A stretch of 42,448 bases of DNA from a virus, in the IMG/VR virus record IMGVR_UViG_3300011466_000001, positions 1 through 42,448 of that record. One strand, written 5' to 3'. Both the position numbers and the translations under genes were made by a program. The notes beneath the pieces are model-generated. The model was not told the origin of the DNA. It did no database searches and saw only the letters and a list, made by a program, of their open reading frames with translations. Shown here piece after piece: positions 31,759-42,088 of this stretch. Each line of letters starts with the position of its first letter. The first letter of the stretch is position 1.

Positions 31759-32028
31759 TTATTCAGCCGCTCCAGAGTTGATAATTCTTGTAAATGTTTG
31801 ATGTAACCCTGTAGATGCTAGCCCGCTTACTGCACCATAGACAATTGATTCAACTGTCAGTCCATTCATTACAAGACCTAATACTGCGCCTAGCACTCCG
31901 ACGATCAACGGGATATAATCATTCACCTTGTCTGTTAAAACAGGCGTGTTCTTGATGATATAACCCACAACTAAACATGCTACTAAAATTACTGGTACAA
32001 AGTTTTCTGTGATTACTGATAAATCCAT
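31759..32028 (-). CDS. Holin (phi LC3-type family)
   Basis: 89 aa starting at the ATG at 32028. Three hydrophobic segments. The C-terminal GAVSGLASTGLHQTF motif is typical. It lies directly upstream of the endolysin. Confidence 0.7.
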   Translation of the reverse strand: MDLSVITENFVPVILVACLVVGYIIKNTPVLTDKVNDYIPLIVGVLGAVLGLVMNGLTVESIVYGAVSGLASTGLHQTFTRIINSGAAE

Positions 32029-32033
32029 TTTTA

Positions 32034-32324
32034 TTACCCTCTTTCTTTCCAAAGTGATTTTAATTGTTCCCCGTGTTCAATCAATCGATCATTGTGCTTA
32101 TCCAAGCGCTCATCATGTCGCTTTAATTCATCATGAATTGCTACACGGTCTGATTTACTTGCTTCTAAATCTCTAGTTAATAAATCAAGATTATGAGCAA
32201 GCTTGGTCAGATTATCTGCAATCTTGGTGAAATTAGACATTACTGGTTTGATTACAAATGCCAGCATTCCGACAATTGTCATAATCCAACCCGCCCAAGT
32301 TGCTAATTCCCCTACGTTTAACAT
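32034..32324 (-). CDS. Membrane-anchored coiled-coil protein (lysis-cassette accessory?)
   Basis: 96 aa. N-terminal TM segment followed by a charged helix. Confidence 0.45.
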   Translation of the reverse strand: MLNVGELATWAGWIMTIVGMLAFVIKPVMSNFTKIADNLTKLAHNLDLLTRDLEASKSDRVAIHDELKRHDERLDKHNDRLIEHGEQLKSLWKERG

Positions 32325-32360
32325 ATGCCACCTACTTCCTATAATATAAAAAGAGCAAGC

Positions 32361-32609
32361 CTAAGCTTGCCCTTCTAACTCTGCCAATAAGTCATCTTCT
32401 ACCGCCCAAACTTTATCCTGAAAATCGTCAACATCTTTTCGGCATTCCTCACGGTTTTGACGATACAATGTTTGATTTTCGATTTGTTGATTGATATTCG
32501 TGTTGCCTGCACTATCCGTGGTTACAGTTGCAGAGAAGTAGATTACCCGTTGTCCGTTGATTTTTGAATCTCCTGTGATACTGATTGCTTTTTTTGTTTC
32601 TAATGCCAT
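32361..32609 (-). CDS. Hypothetical tail/lysis-junction protein
   Basis: 82 aa starting at the ATG at 32609 (SD GGAGGAA). Confidence 0.4.
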   Translation of the reverse strand: MALETKKAISITGDSKINGQRVIYFSATVTTDSAGNTNINQQIENQTLYRQNREECRKDVDDFQDKVWAVEDDLLAELEGQA

Positions 32610-32650
32610 GATTGTTTCCTCCAATTTTTTATATTTAAAAAGGACACTGA

Positions 32651-33064
32651 TTATTCAGCATCCTGATTTTCAAATTCATCTAACAAACGATCGTAAATTT
32701 CTGCTTCTTTACCCGACAACATGCCATCATAAGCTTCAAGAATACGGGGAATCTCATCGATATTTCTGGAATACATGCCGCCTTCGATAATTACTTTTTC
32801 TTCCATCAATTCGACTTGTTCTTTGTTAAAAGATGCTATATCGGATTGCAATTGGTCTTTTTGATCCTTTAATTGCCCACCATCATCAAGCAAATTAAAT
32901 TTACCCATCAAGACTTTTTCTTCTTCCGATAACTCCATGAATGCTTTTCGGATTTGCTTTACTAACTTGGTACGGTGACGACTATCTTTATTTGCTGCAA
33001 GTGTCATTCCTTCAAGAAAATTGATTGCTGGTGCCAGTTCGTTGTTCTTTAGTGTGATTTTCAT
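32651..33064 (-). CDS. Hypothetical protein downstream of the tail fibre (DUF1617-like position)
   Basis: 137-aa ORF. Call rests on synteny only. Confidence 0.45.
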   Translation of the reverse strand: MKITLKNNELAPAINFLEGMTLAANKDSRHRTKLVKQIRKAFMELSEEEKVLMGKFNLLDDGGQLKDQKDQLQSDIASFNKEQVELMEEKVIIEGGMYSRNIDEIPRILEAYDGMLSGKEAEIYDRLLDEFENQDAE

Positions 33065-33096
33065 TGATATTCCTCCAATAAAAGAGGAACCAAAAG

Positions 33097-36000
33097 CTAT
33101 GCCGCTTCTAGTTCCTCAACTTTTGTTTTTAGGTTGGATACTTCTTGTTTTAGTCTTTGAATCTCTTGTTCATGTTCGTTCAATATTACATTTTGGTACA
33201 TAGTCAAACGATCGTAAGCCAACCCTTCGACTTGTCCTTTGTCACCGTAGTAAACAACCTCGGTTAAACCCTTCTCATGAAATTCATCTGCGATAAATCC
33301 ATAGAAACGATCAACAGCCGTGCCGTTTGCGTAGTCTTTTTTGTCATACCATGATGCAGGTTGAATAGTTAAGAACTCTTTAGCGTGTGCGATTACATCA
33401 TCTGCAGTCTTGATATCGGCTTTATACTTTCTAGCTGATGTCTTTCGTCCAAGTGTTCCAGCGCTGGTTATACAAACATCTCCATTACCTGTAGCATATG
33501 TTCGATTATAGATACTCATCGACCAAACGCGAGCACTAGAACTGTCACGACCGAAAGTAATACCACCATAGGTTGTAGAGTCTCCTCCACCATTAATATC
33601 AGTTCTTTTAGCATCTAATGTAAGTGTATTATTGGTAACTAAGTCTATGTCATTAACAGCATAAACTTTAAAGGTAGAATTTACACCATTCATTTGTAAG
33701 TACGGCATGTCAGTAAGAGAAGGTGTTCCACCACTAGCTACTTTGTATAACTCTACACCAAAGTTTCCATATCTCGTAGATCCTGACGTATTATGATTAA
33801 CTTTCAGATCTGTAACCATTTGATAATTACTGTTGTATATTTCATCAGTCAAACTTAAACTACTAGATGCATCCTTTGGAACATAACTTCTGATTGCTCC
33901 ATTACCTATAATCTGGACACCTTCAATTCTCTCAGAAACATTAGCTTGCTTAATTGCAGTACGGACAGTACCTCCACGTAAAACAGTTACTGCTTTGTTT
34001 GCTTGACTAGCGGAAGTATCCCCTTCACTGTAATAAGTGTCGTTATCAATATCTATATAGAATGTTTCATTGATATTTTGAATCTTACCTTTTGAGAACA
34101 GTACTGAACCGGTAGCCAAATTAAGGGATAGGTTCGCACCGCTGATCGTCCCTGTGGTTATACTGCTAGCATTCAAGTTTATGATGTTTACATTGGCAGC
34201 GTTCAGGGTCCCGGTGGTAATTTTAGTAGCTGAAAGATTTCCAATTTTGGCATCCGTTATAGCCGCATCTGCAATCTTAGCCGTGCTTACCGCTAAGTTG
34301 CCTATTTTTGCATTCGTTATTGCTGCATCGCCTATCTTACCTTCAGTCACAGCCAGATTCGCAATTTTACCGTTGGAAACTGCTAGGTCAGCTATGTGAG
34401 CTGTTTTTATGATGGCATCTGAAATATTCGATTTTCCTGTCAGATAAATATTCTCAGAAGAAATAGTAACTATCTGATTTTGCATATCAATCTGAGTTAC
34501 GCCGCCATCAGATGAAGTTAGCTTGAAATTCATCTGGTCTGATAGCTGGGTAAATTGACTTGATGTAGTCTCAGACAAACTATTTAAATCTTCTTGAATA
34601 CTAACTACTGTCTGAGTGATCCCGCTTGCTGTAGCCTCAACTTGCAAAGCCTTACTAAGAGCTGAGTTGGCTGTTGTCTCAACGCTTGATATGGTTGTTA
34701 TCAGTCCGTTCGCAGTTGTTTCTGTAGCGACTGCCTTAGATAGTGCCGAATCAGCTGTTGTTTTCGTACTTGCAATCAATTGAGTATGACCATCTACAGT
34801 ACTTGAAACAGTATTGACTTTGCTTAAAGCACTATTTGCAGTAGTTTCTACGCTAGTTAGAGTCTGTGTAACTCCATCAACAGTAGTCTCCAATACGTTT
34901 GCTTTACTCAATGCACTGTCCGCAGTAGTCGTCACAGTCGCTATGGTTTGTTTTTGCCCATCCACTGTGACGACTAATTCATTCAGTTTTTTAGTGGTAC
35001 TTGTTGATGTCGTCTCAATATCTGTCATACGCCCAGTTAGACCAGTAACTGAGGTTTCTAGCGTTGCTGTTCTGCCTTCCACAGCGGCTGCTTTCTCATA
35101 AGCTTCGTTAGCCTTACTGCTGATCGATGATACTGTACTGTTGATAGTAGCTACATCAGAAACAAGACCATTTACATCAACCTGGATCGCATCTGCTTTT
35201 GCTTTAGCTGTTTGGGCATCTAAAGTAGCTTGTGTCGCTAAGTTTGCAGCATTTTCTCCTGCTTGTTTCGCATCCTCCGCGGCTTCTTTAGCGTCTGCTG
35301 CAACTAGTTGGGCTTCTTTACCAGCTTGCTTTGCATCTTCGATAGCTTGCAATAATTCTGGATCACCAGCAGACGAAATTTCCATTGCCCACTTTAAAAC
35401 CCCATCAACATTTTTATAAACCCAAATTTCGGTATCTTGTCCATTTGGCTTGAACCAGATATCGCCTTCTTTAGGGGTTTCGGGTGTTTCAGATCCGTAG
35501 TAGTTCGTATTCCATTTATTCGCACTTAGTACAGAATCCAAATAATCAATTTTTTGATTTAACGACCCTCTGTACTTATACGTTGCTTGCGAAGTAGAAC
35601 TCGTTGTTGCCTTAGATTCAGCAGACATACCACCATTGAAAGTGATACTATAACTAAGATTTGGTACAGAATACTTTGTACCATCTTTATCCTCAATATA
35701 AATCCAATCGCCAGCTTCAAGCGGTGGACATCCTCGCCATTTCAATTCATAAGGAAAATAGTTCAATGTTTTGACTAACTCCCACATTTGATTCAATAGC
35801 GTTTGAGTCATGACTTTATTTTCAAGTTCCACTTGTGAACCATTCGTTGAACCTACTCTAATGACATCTGTTTCTTCTTCGCCAGTTTTTACTGATATAC
35901 CGCCGATTCGGTAACTGGATTCATTTTTGGTGAACCCTTTTAGCAAATAGCTTTCTGGTGTTATCTCGAAAGTAGTTGGTGCCAATCTTCTGATTTCTAA

Positions 36001-36582
36001 TTCACCATTGCGATTGAAACTAGCGAACCCACCTTCAAACTGGGCAATCAAACCTATCGCTTGCCTGTGTGTGTAACCTTCTGGCTGATTGATAGCGCCT
36101 GTTCCTAGTGAAGCAAATGAATTGGCGCTGACCTCCACACCTGCCGAATTCGCAATGTCTAAAGCAACTTCTCTATACGCTTTTGGATAAGTAAGTTTAG
36201 ATACATACTCACCTTCCATAAAACGCATTTTGTCCGTTGCGGTAATACTTGTTGTATTGTTGTTCTTATTACGATCAAAATCATCAACGTAGAAGTGACC
36301 TAGCTTTGTATATTCATATGATCCGTTGACCATTACACCAAGCTCCGGTATCACTTCGATATCTTCAGCAATAGATTCGATAATTGAAGGAAAAACAATC
36401 TGTACCGAATTCATGTAAGTTGACCCTATTTGAAACACTTCGCCAGAAATGCTTCCAGAATCAAAAGAGAGTGAGGTAATTTCCTCACTCCCATAAGTAA
36501 CGTCATTTACTTTTACCCTAATGGATAACTGCCTAGAATGATTCAGCCATGCAGCTATAATTTCATTACTCGTAGCTAGCAA
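33097..36582 (-). CDS. Tail-tip / receptor-binding tail fibre with a C-terminal intramolecular chaperone (peptidase S74-like) domain
   Basis: 1161 aa. N-terminal baseplate/Tal-like domain, Ala-rich coiled coil, tandem TT(A/N)(D/S)ALSK repeats and AKIGNLAV-type repeats. The C-terminus (YGFIADEF..GLAYDRL..LNEHEQEIQRLKQEVSNLKTKVEELE) is typical of auto-cleaving chaperone domains. Confidence 0.7.
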   Translation of the reverse strand: MLATSNEIIAAWLNHSRQLSIRVKVNDVTYGSEEITSLSFDSGSISGEVFQIGSTYMNSVQIVFPSIIESIAEDIEVIPELGVMVNGSYEYTKLGHFYVDDFDRNKNNNTTSITATDKMRFMEGEYVSKLTYPKAYREVALDIANSAGVEVSANSFASLGTGAINQPEGYTHRQAIGLIAQFEGGFASFNRNGELEIRRLAPTTFEITPESYLLKGFTKNESSYRIGGISVKTGEEETDVIRVGSTNGSQVELENKVMTQTLLNQMWELVKTLNYFPYELKWRGCPPLEAGDWIYIEDKDGTKYSVPNLSYSITFNGGMSAESKATTSSTSQATYKYRGSLNQKIDYLDSVLSANKWNTNYYGSETPETPKEGDIWFKPNGQDTEIWVYKNVDGVLKWAMEISSAGDPELLQAIEDAKQAGKEAQLVAADAKEAAEDAKQAGENAANLATQATLDAQTAKAKADAIQVDVNGLVSDVATINSTVSSISSKANEAYEKAAAVEGRTATLETSVTGLTGRMTDIETTSTSTTKKLNELVVTVDGQKQTIATVTTTADSALSKANVLETTVDGVTQTLTSVETTANSALSKVNTVSSTVDGHTQLIASTKTTADSALSKAVATETTANGLITTISSVETTANSALSKALQVEATASGITQTVVSIQEDLNSLSETTSSQFTQLSDQMNFKLTSSDGGVTQIDMQNQIVTISSENIYLTGKSNISDAIIKTAHIADLAVSNGKIANLAVTEGKIGDAAITNAKIGNLAVSTAKIADAAITDAKIGNLSATKITTGTLNAANVNIINLNASSITTGTISGANLSLNLATGSVLFSKGKIQNINETFYIDIDNDTYYSEGDTSASQANKAVTVLRGGTVRTAIKQANVSERIEGVQIIGNGAIRSYVPKDASSSLSLTDEIYNSNYQMVTDLKVNHNTSGSTRYGNFGVELYKVASGGTPSLTDMPYLQMNGVNSTFKVYAVNDIDLVTNNTLTLDAKRTDINGGGDSTTYGGITFGRDSSSARVWSMSIYNRTYATGNGDVCITSAGTLGRKTSARKYKADIKTADDVIAHAKEFLTIQPASWYDKKDYANGTAVDRFYGFIADEFHEKGLTEVVYYGDKGQVEGLAYDRLTMYQNVILNEHEQEIQRLKQEVSNLKTKVEELEAA

Positions 36583-36593
36583 ATTTACCTCAC

Positions 36594-36950
36594 CTACCTT
36601 TCAATAAAACTCATTGTCAGCCCTTCCCACTTGGGAAGTTTGTCATGCCATGAATAAGATGGAGAAGAACGATCACCAACGTAGAATGTTTTTGTAGTGA
36701 TTCCGCCAACCATTGGGTCTGGATATGTGACTTCAAAAAAAGGAGACATCACCGCTTGTAAAATTGGTGAAATCTCCGTATCTGATAACGCACCCCATTC
36801 GAGATCCGCTTTTCTTTTTGTAGTGATATAATCACGAACCATATCACCGTTAGCGTTTCGTCCTGATTCCCCATCAACTGCTTGAATGCCAACAGTAAAC
36901 TTTTTAGGAGTCTTGATTGTGACTCCATTTATTTTCAAATATCCAGCCAT
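36594..36950 (-). CDS. Small distal-tail-position protein
   Basis: 118-aa ORF directly after the tape measure gene. This is shorter than a classical Dit. Confidence 0.45.
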   Translation of the reverse strand: MAGYLKINGVTIKTPKKFTVGIQAVDGESGRNANGDMVRDYITTKRKADLEWGALSDTEISPILQAVMSPFFEVTYPDPMVGGITTKTFYVGDRSSPSYSWHDKLPKWEGLTMSFIER

Positions 36951-36963
36951 TTTATCAGTCCCC

Positions 36964-39900
36964 CTAAATGTTTAACTCGGTATATCCAAGTTGTTGATGG
37001 TATTTGTTGATTTCTTTTACTGCAATACGCCCAAACTCTTTACCGCCGATATTGATAATAATATCCCCATTAGCCGCTTGAGTTGGTGTTGCACCCATTG
37101 CAGAAATTGCGTTCATCAATGTAGTTGCCATTGAAGTTGTGAAGTCTTTCATTCCGCCGCCATCATAGTTCATTTGGTTGTTGTTACTGAACGTACTATT
37201 TGATGGTGTGAACGTTGGCGTTTGGAACATTTCTGGCAACAATATGCTTGAGTTGAACATATCAAGTCCAAGATACTCAACAGCTTGTTGAATCAATTCA
37301 GCGGCACGTTGAGGTTTCTCAAGTGGAATGACCATCTCTTTCTTGTTGCCTTCTCCCATACGATACAAACCGTCTTGGTTTACTAACCCACCGTTTTCAT
37401 AACCGACGATTCTTCGACCAGTTGGTCCCCAACCTCTGCGACCATAAGGGAGGTCATACCGCCAATTTGAATTATTGAAGAAAGCTAACAATTGATGATA
37501 GCCATTAAAAATATTTTCATAGCCGCGAAGTTTATAAGCATTAAACGTGGACGGGATATATTGAAGCAGGCCTCTTGCTGGGTTCCCATTTGCCATGTTT
37601 ATATCCCACACAGCTGAGCTTTGAGTAATACTCTGATTACCGCCAGACTCTCTTTGGATTTGAGCGAGAACGCCGTTAATTTCAGAACTGCTAATCCGCT
37701 GTCCTAGTTTACTTGCCGCTTGTTTGATCTTGGAAGTCCATCCGCCGTTACCAACTGCAGCACCACCGATTGCACCAAAACCTGCGTTCTTATCAATATC
37801 ACTTGCTCCAAGTGAGCCGTTGATATGCAAATGATCGTAATGGTCATTCTGTGGCCATCTCACCCAACTTCCGCTCGATCCAGTACCAGACATTCCTTTT
37901 CGGTCTCGAACTTTACTTTGAGTGATTACGTAAGCTACTTTTGAAGCAAAGTTATCAAACACCCAGTTCGCTGGAGCAAAGTATTTCGAAGATCCGTTCA
38001 TACTTGCTGGATAGGCGACATCAATTGCTTGATGCTTTCCGTGGGAATGTGGATCACCTGGTCTAAAGCCAGAAGTGATTCTCATACCAGGATATCGATC
38101 GACAGTTTTTCTAGCGATATCATATAGGTATTTGTATACACCCCAACTCCCCATTGATCCATCAAACGAACTATTTTGTGCTTCATATCCTGCATTGAAC
38201 TTCGATTTAAACCATTCATAAGAACCTTCTGCGATCGTACCAACGGAACCTTTCGCCATTGATAGAGCCGGTTCAACAGCACCTTTCAAGTTAACGAACT
38301 TAGAAATTGCAGCATTCAAAAGCTTCTTCGGATTTGATGCATAAGACCAAATATCCGATGCAATTTCTTTTGCACCATTCCATTTCTCTTTAAACCATTC
38401 ACCTATACCATTTGCATAGGCTGGTACGCCATACATCGCAGCAGTCTTTGGACCACTTAAGACAGATGTTCCTTTTGGAAGGTTTACCATCAGATTTCTT
38501 TGCGCTGGAAAGATACCAGTACGTCCATCAGGTGTCCGATAAGCTTCTTGATAATTAGATCCTAGTCCGTCATTTACTAGGGCGGGGCCTCCCGGATGAT
38601 AACCAGTACCTTTCGCATACTTTGGAACTTTCCATGGATCTAATGTGCTCTTTCCAGCACCGACCCTTTTCAGTACCCAGTTAATTCCTTCGATAACGCC
38701 GTTAACTCCTTTTCCGATGACACTAACCATGCCAGTGAAGATTTTTCCAGCGCCTTCTTTGACAGATTTGACACCATTGCTCAAACCTTTACCAATCTTG
38801 CTACCTAATCCGGTTGCCCAGCCAGTAATTTTCCCGAAAGCTTCAGAAGCATTTTTCTTCATTGTTTCAAAAGATCCGCCCATACTAGTCTTAAGATTAG
38901 AAAATGCGGTACTTGCCTTAGTTTTAGCAGTTGATGCAGCAGTCGTTACCTTGCTTTGGATTTCTCCCCATTTTTCAGAAGTGTTCTTTTTAACATCTGA
39001 CCACCTATCGGAAACATTGGTTTTTAGATTGCTAAACGCTGTACTTGCTTTATCCTTGGCGGTACTTGCTGCTGTGGATACTTTATTTTTTACTTCGTCC
39101 CATTTCTCAGAAGTGTTTTTCTTAACATCTGACCATTTGTCACTAACATTTTTAGCAATGTCCTTCGCTTTTCCGGTAACAGCATTCTTTGCATCATTCC
39201 ATTTTTCACTAGTCCACTTAGTTACTTTCCCCCAAGCTTCAGATGTGGATGTTTTGATACCATCCCATTTCTCAGATATAACCTTGCCTAGTTTACCAGC
39301 CGCTTCTTTGATCTTATCCCAGTTTTTCCAGAGTAAAACACCAATAGCGATTACAGCCCCCACTGCTAAGATTACTAATCCGATCGGACTTAATAAGAAT
39401 GCAATGGCCGTTCCTAAAGCTGTTGTTATACCGGTTGCTATACCAGCTACGATGTTCCAAGCTGCTAACGCACCATTAACAACAAGAAAGGCAGCGCCAA
39501 ACGATCCGACGATGATTGCAAAGTTTGAGACGCCTTCTGAATGTTCAGAAATCCAGTCGCCTATATTAGTAAGTGCATCACCCAATTTTTCTAATACCGT
39601 TACAGCAATACCACCAGTCCATTCAGCTATAGGTTTCAACATGCTGTCCCACAACCATTTGAATGCTGGTTTAAAGCCTTCGATAACGCCATTCAACAAA
39701 TCAATAGCGCCACGTAACAAATCTAGGAACGCAGGAATTAAATCCTCAATGGCGTAAGAAGCTAACGGCAATAATACATTCTCATAGAACCAAGCTAATC
39801 CGCTGCCTATATTTTCCATAAGAGGTTGCATAGACTGAAGCAAGCCGTCTATTGATTCTAACAAAGGTGTGAAATCCAATTTCTTAGCCCATTCAACTGT

Positions 39901-42078
39901 TGCACCCGTAATCTTGTTGATAGTTGTAAGTATTGTATTGACAATACCCAAAACCCCAGACATGATAGAATCACCCGTTTTGCCAGCATCCCATGCCTTA
40001 CCGAATTGTTCTGCTAATCCGCCAATTACATTGAAAATATTTGTATATATTTCTAAGATATTAGCTGCAATGGCTTCACCAGTTCCGTCATTCCATGCTG
40101 TTCTGAATGATTCACCAATTTTATGCAAGAGAACCAATATATTGTTAAACATGTCAAAAATGGATTGAATCAGCGCCGTTCCTCTGCCGTCCGAAATCCA
40201 TGCATTTTTAAACGCTCGTCCTATATCACCAATGATCCCTAATACATCTGCCAAAAGAATAAGGATGTTTTCGATAAACCTCTGTCCGGTTCCATTTGTC
40301 CAAACTTCCATAAATGACTTGCCGATAGCAGAAGCCAAACCTATTACTTCACCTAATGCATAGTTCCAAGCATCAATGACTTTTTGACCTTGGTTTTTCC
40401 ATGCATCTTGGAAAGGTTTGAAGAAATCCTTCAATATGTTCTGGATGTCTTTCATCCATTTAGGCGTAGAATAGTTACCAGTTGCAGACCCAAAATCAAT
40501 ACCAGGAGCAGGATCTTCTTTCTTTGCATCATCAGTATTCATCGTTAGCTTGTTGATTTGGTCAAATCCCATTAACGATCGTTGCAGCTTTTTGACTTTC
40601 TCATTTGCTTTACTTGCTGCACTACCAGTGTCATCCATGGCTTGTACATTGTCGTATAACCCTTGTGCACCTTGCTTAGCCGCTTGATAGGTTGTACCGA
40701 ACATATTCGCAATGAAAGATGCAAACTGCCCTGTAAGTGTCGCTAAGGCACTCATAAGAGCGTTCAAAGCTGGCATGATAGCTGTGTAGATTGGATAAAA
40801 TGCAGTTAGCAAATTGACTTTAATTTGATTGAGCGAGTTAGCAAATTGTGTGTTGCTATTTAGTGCCTTCATAGTAACGGTTGCTAGGTTCGTAATTGCT
40901 CTAGCTATCAATTGATAAACGATTAACGAGGGAAGTAGGTACCTAAAGGTTTGCCCCCACGCACCAGAATACTTTTTCATATCATGGGAGCCTTTGTTCA
41001 CTTTGTTGGATAAACTAGAAAATAGACTTCCGAACTTTCCAATAAATCCAAGAGAGTTCCTCAAGCCATTTCCGACGCTCCCAAATCCGTGTGAAACTGC
41101 ATTGGACATGCGGTTGAATACACCGCCATATTTAGAAACAGCCCGCTCAGATTGCTTCAGTCCTGTACCCGTCATACTAGCACCGCTAGAAGCGTTGCCT
41201 GTTTGAATGGATGATTGTCCCAAAGCAGAGTTAACTCGTTGCAGAGCCTTTCTCAACGCATCTGCTCTGTCTTCTGTTTGTGCGTATTCTTTTTGCAAAC
41301 GATCGTTGTCGCTAATCAACTTATTCATCTTGATAGATTGCTTTTGAATCTCATTAGACGTTTTTAGTGATTGTGGCGTATCCTCATAGTTTTTAAATCC
41401 AGAACTAAAACTTCCAGTTGGCACACGTTGATCGTTGTACTCAGCTTTTAGTGTTCTTAGTCGCTTACGCATCGCTTCGATCTGCGCTTCATTTTGGCTC
41501 ATGCCCTTTGTTATATTGTCCAAAGATGATGGTACAGCGTCTAGCTCACGCTTGATTGTATTGCCCATACCTTTTGCTTGATCTTGAAACTTCGTCATCT
41601 GTGCTTGGGCTCGTGCGATCTGTTCATCGTATTTAACCACTTGGCCAGTATCGCCTTTACTGGATGCTGATTGTCGTTGCGATTTCAGATAAGCAACCTT
41701 TTCTTGCGCTGCTTTTGCTTGGCCCATTTTCGCATTGATTTCATTGACCATTGCATCGATTTCTTTGGTCACTTTCGGACGGGCTTTGCGGATTCCAGAA
41801 GAAAAGTTATCTCCCACCGTTTCAGATGTTTGTTTTGTTGATTGCTCAAAGTTTGCTAATGTCTTTTCTAGTGCCTGATTCATTTTTTCTAGTTGTTTCG
41901 TGAAATTGCTAGCGCCTTTTTCAATATCCATATTTTTCTCTGTACGATCCATTGAGTTACCGGACATTTGTTGGATTCTACTCATTGCACCCTCAATTTT
42001 TGGCAATACACTCTCTAGGGATTGCTCAACTCGAGCAGTATTGATATCTAATAAGACTTCAAGTGTTTCTAATTCCAT
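36964..42078 (-). CDS. Tape measure protein with C-terminal M23-like peptidase and lytic transglycosylase-like domains
   Basis: 1704 aa. Coiled-coil N-terminus, hydrophobic central segments and an internal tandem duplication. HSHGKHQAIDVA..DHYDHLHI is M23-like. QRESGGN..GLLQYIPSTF is SLT-like. Confidence 0.9.
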   Translation of the reverse strand: MELETLEVLLDINTARVEQSLESVLPKIEGAMSRIQQMSGNSMDRTEKNMDIEKGASNFTKQLEKMNQALEKTLANFEQSTKQTSETVGDNFSSGIRKARPKVTKEIDAMVNEINAKMGQAKAAQEKVAYLKSQRQSASSKGDTGQVVKYDEQIARAQAQMTKFQDQAKGMGNTIKRELDAVPSSLDNITKGMSQNEAQIEAMRKRLRTLKAEYNDQRVPTGSFSSGFKNYEDTPQSLKTSNEIQKQSIKMNKLISDNDRLQKEYAQTEDRADALRKALQRVNSALGQSSIQTGNASSGASMTGTGLKQSERAVSKYGGVFNRMSNAVSHGFGSVGNGLRNSLGFIGKFGSLFSSLSNKVNKGSHDMKKYSGAWGQTFRYLLPSLIVYQLIARAITNLATVTMKALNSNTQFANSLNQIKVNLLTAFYPIYTAIMPALNALMSALATLTGQFASFIANMFGTTYQAAKQGAQGLYDNVQAMDDTGSAASKANEKVKKLQRSLMGFDQINKLTMNTDDAKKEDPAPGIDFGSATGNYSTPKWMKDIQNILKDFFKPFQDAWKNQGQKVIDAWNYALGEVIGLASAIGKSFMEVWTNGTGQRFIENILILLADVLGIIGDIGRAFKNAWISDGRGTALIQSIFDMFNNILVLLHKIGESFRTAWNDGTGEAIAANILEIYTNIFNVIGGLAEQFGKAWDAGKTGDSIMSGVLGIVNTILTTINKITGATVEWAKKLDFTPLLESIDGLLQSMQPLMENIGSGLAWFYENVLLPLASYAIEDLIPAFLDLLRGAIDLLNGVIEGFKPAFKWLWDSMLKPIAEWTGGIAVTVLEKLGDALTNIGDWISEHSEGVSNFAIIVGSFGAAFLVVNGALAAWNIVAGIATGITTALGTAIAFLLSPIGLVILAVGAVIAIGVLLWKNWDKIKEAAGKLGKVISEKWDGIKTSTSEAWGKVTKWTSEKWNDAKNAVTGKAKDIAKNVSDKWSDVKKNTSEKWDEVKNKVSTAASTAKDKASTAFSNLKTNVSDRWSDVKKNTSEKWGEIQSKVTTAASTAKTKASTAFSNLKTSMGGSFETMKKNASEAFGKITGWATGLGSKIGKGLSNGVKSVKEGAGKIFTGMVSVIGKGVNGVIEGINWVLKRVGAGKSTLDPWKVPKYAKGTGYHPGGPALVNDGLGSNYQEAYRTPDGRTGIFPAQRNLMVNLPKGTSVLSGPKTAAMYGVPAYANGIGEWFKEKWNGAKEIASDIWSYASNPKKLLNAAISKFVNLKGAVEPALSMAKGSVGTIAEGSYEWFKSKFNAGYEAQNSSFDGSMGSWGVYKYLYDIARKTVDRYPGMRITSGFRPGDPHSHGKHQAIDVAYPASMNGSSKYFAPANWVFDNFASKVAYVITQSKVRDRKGMSGTGSSGSWVRWPQNDHYDHLHINGSLGASDIDKNAGFGAIGGAAVGNGGWTSKIKQAASKLGQRISSSEINGVLAQIQRESGGNQSITQSSAVWDINMANGNPARGLLQYIPSTFNAYKLRGYENIFNGYHQLLAFFNNSNWRYDLPYGRRGWGPTGRRIVGYENGGLVNQDGLYRMGEGNKKEMVIPLEKPQRAAELIQQAVEYLGLDMFNSSILLPEMFQTPTFTPSNSTFSNNNQMNYDGGGMKDFTTSMATTLMNAISAMGATPTQAANGDIIINIGGKEFGRIAVKEINKYHQQLGYTELNI

Positions 42079-42088
42079 GCTTTCTCAC

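Noticed and set aside
38645-39757. 370-aa plus-strand ORF, plus similar ones at 34154..34399, 34814..35101, 35141..35419, 39869..40168 and 41900..42301
   Set aside because: These are antisense shadow ORFs inside the tape measure and tail fibre genes. They are rich in Ala, Ser, Leu and Phe as low-complexity sequence, have no SD, and the opposite-strand genes have clear domain content.
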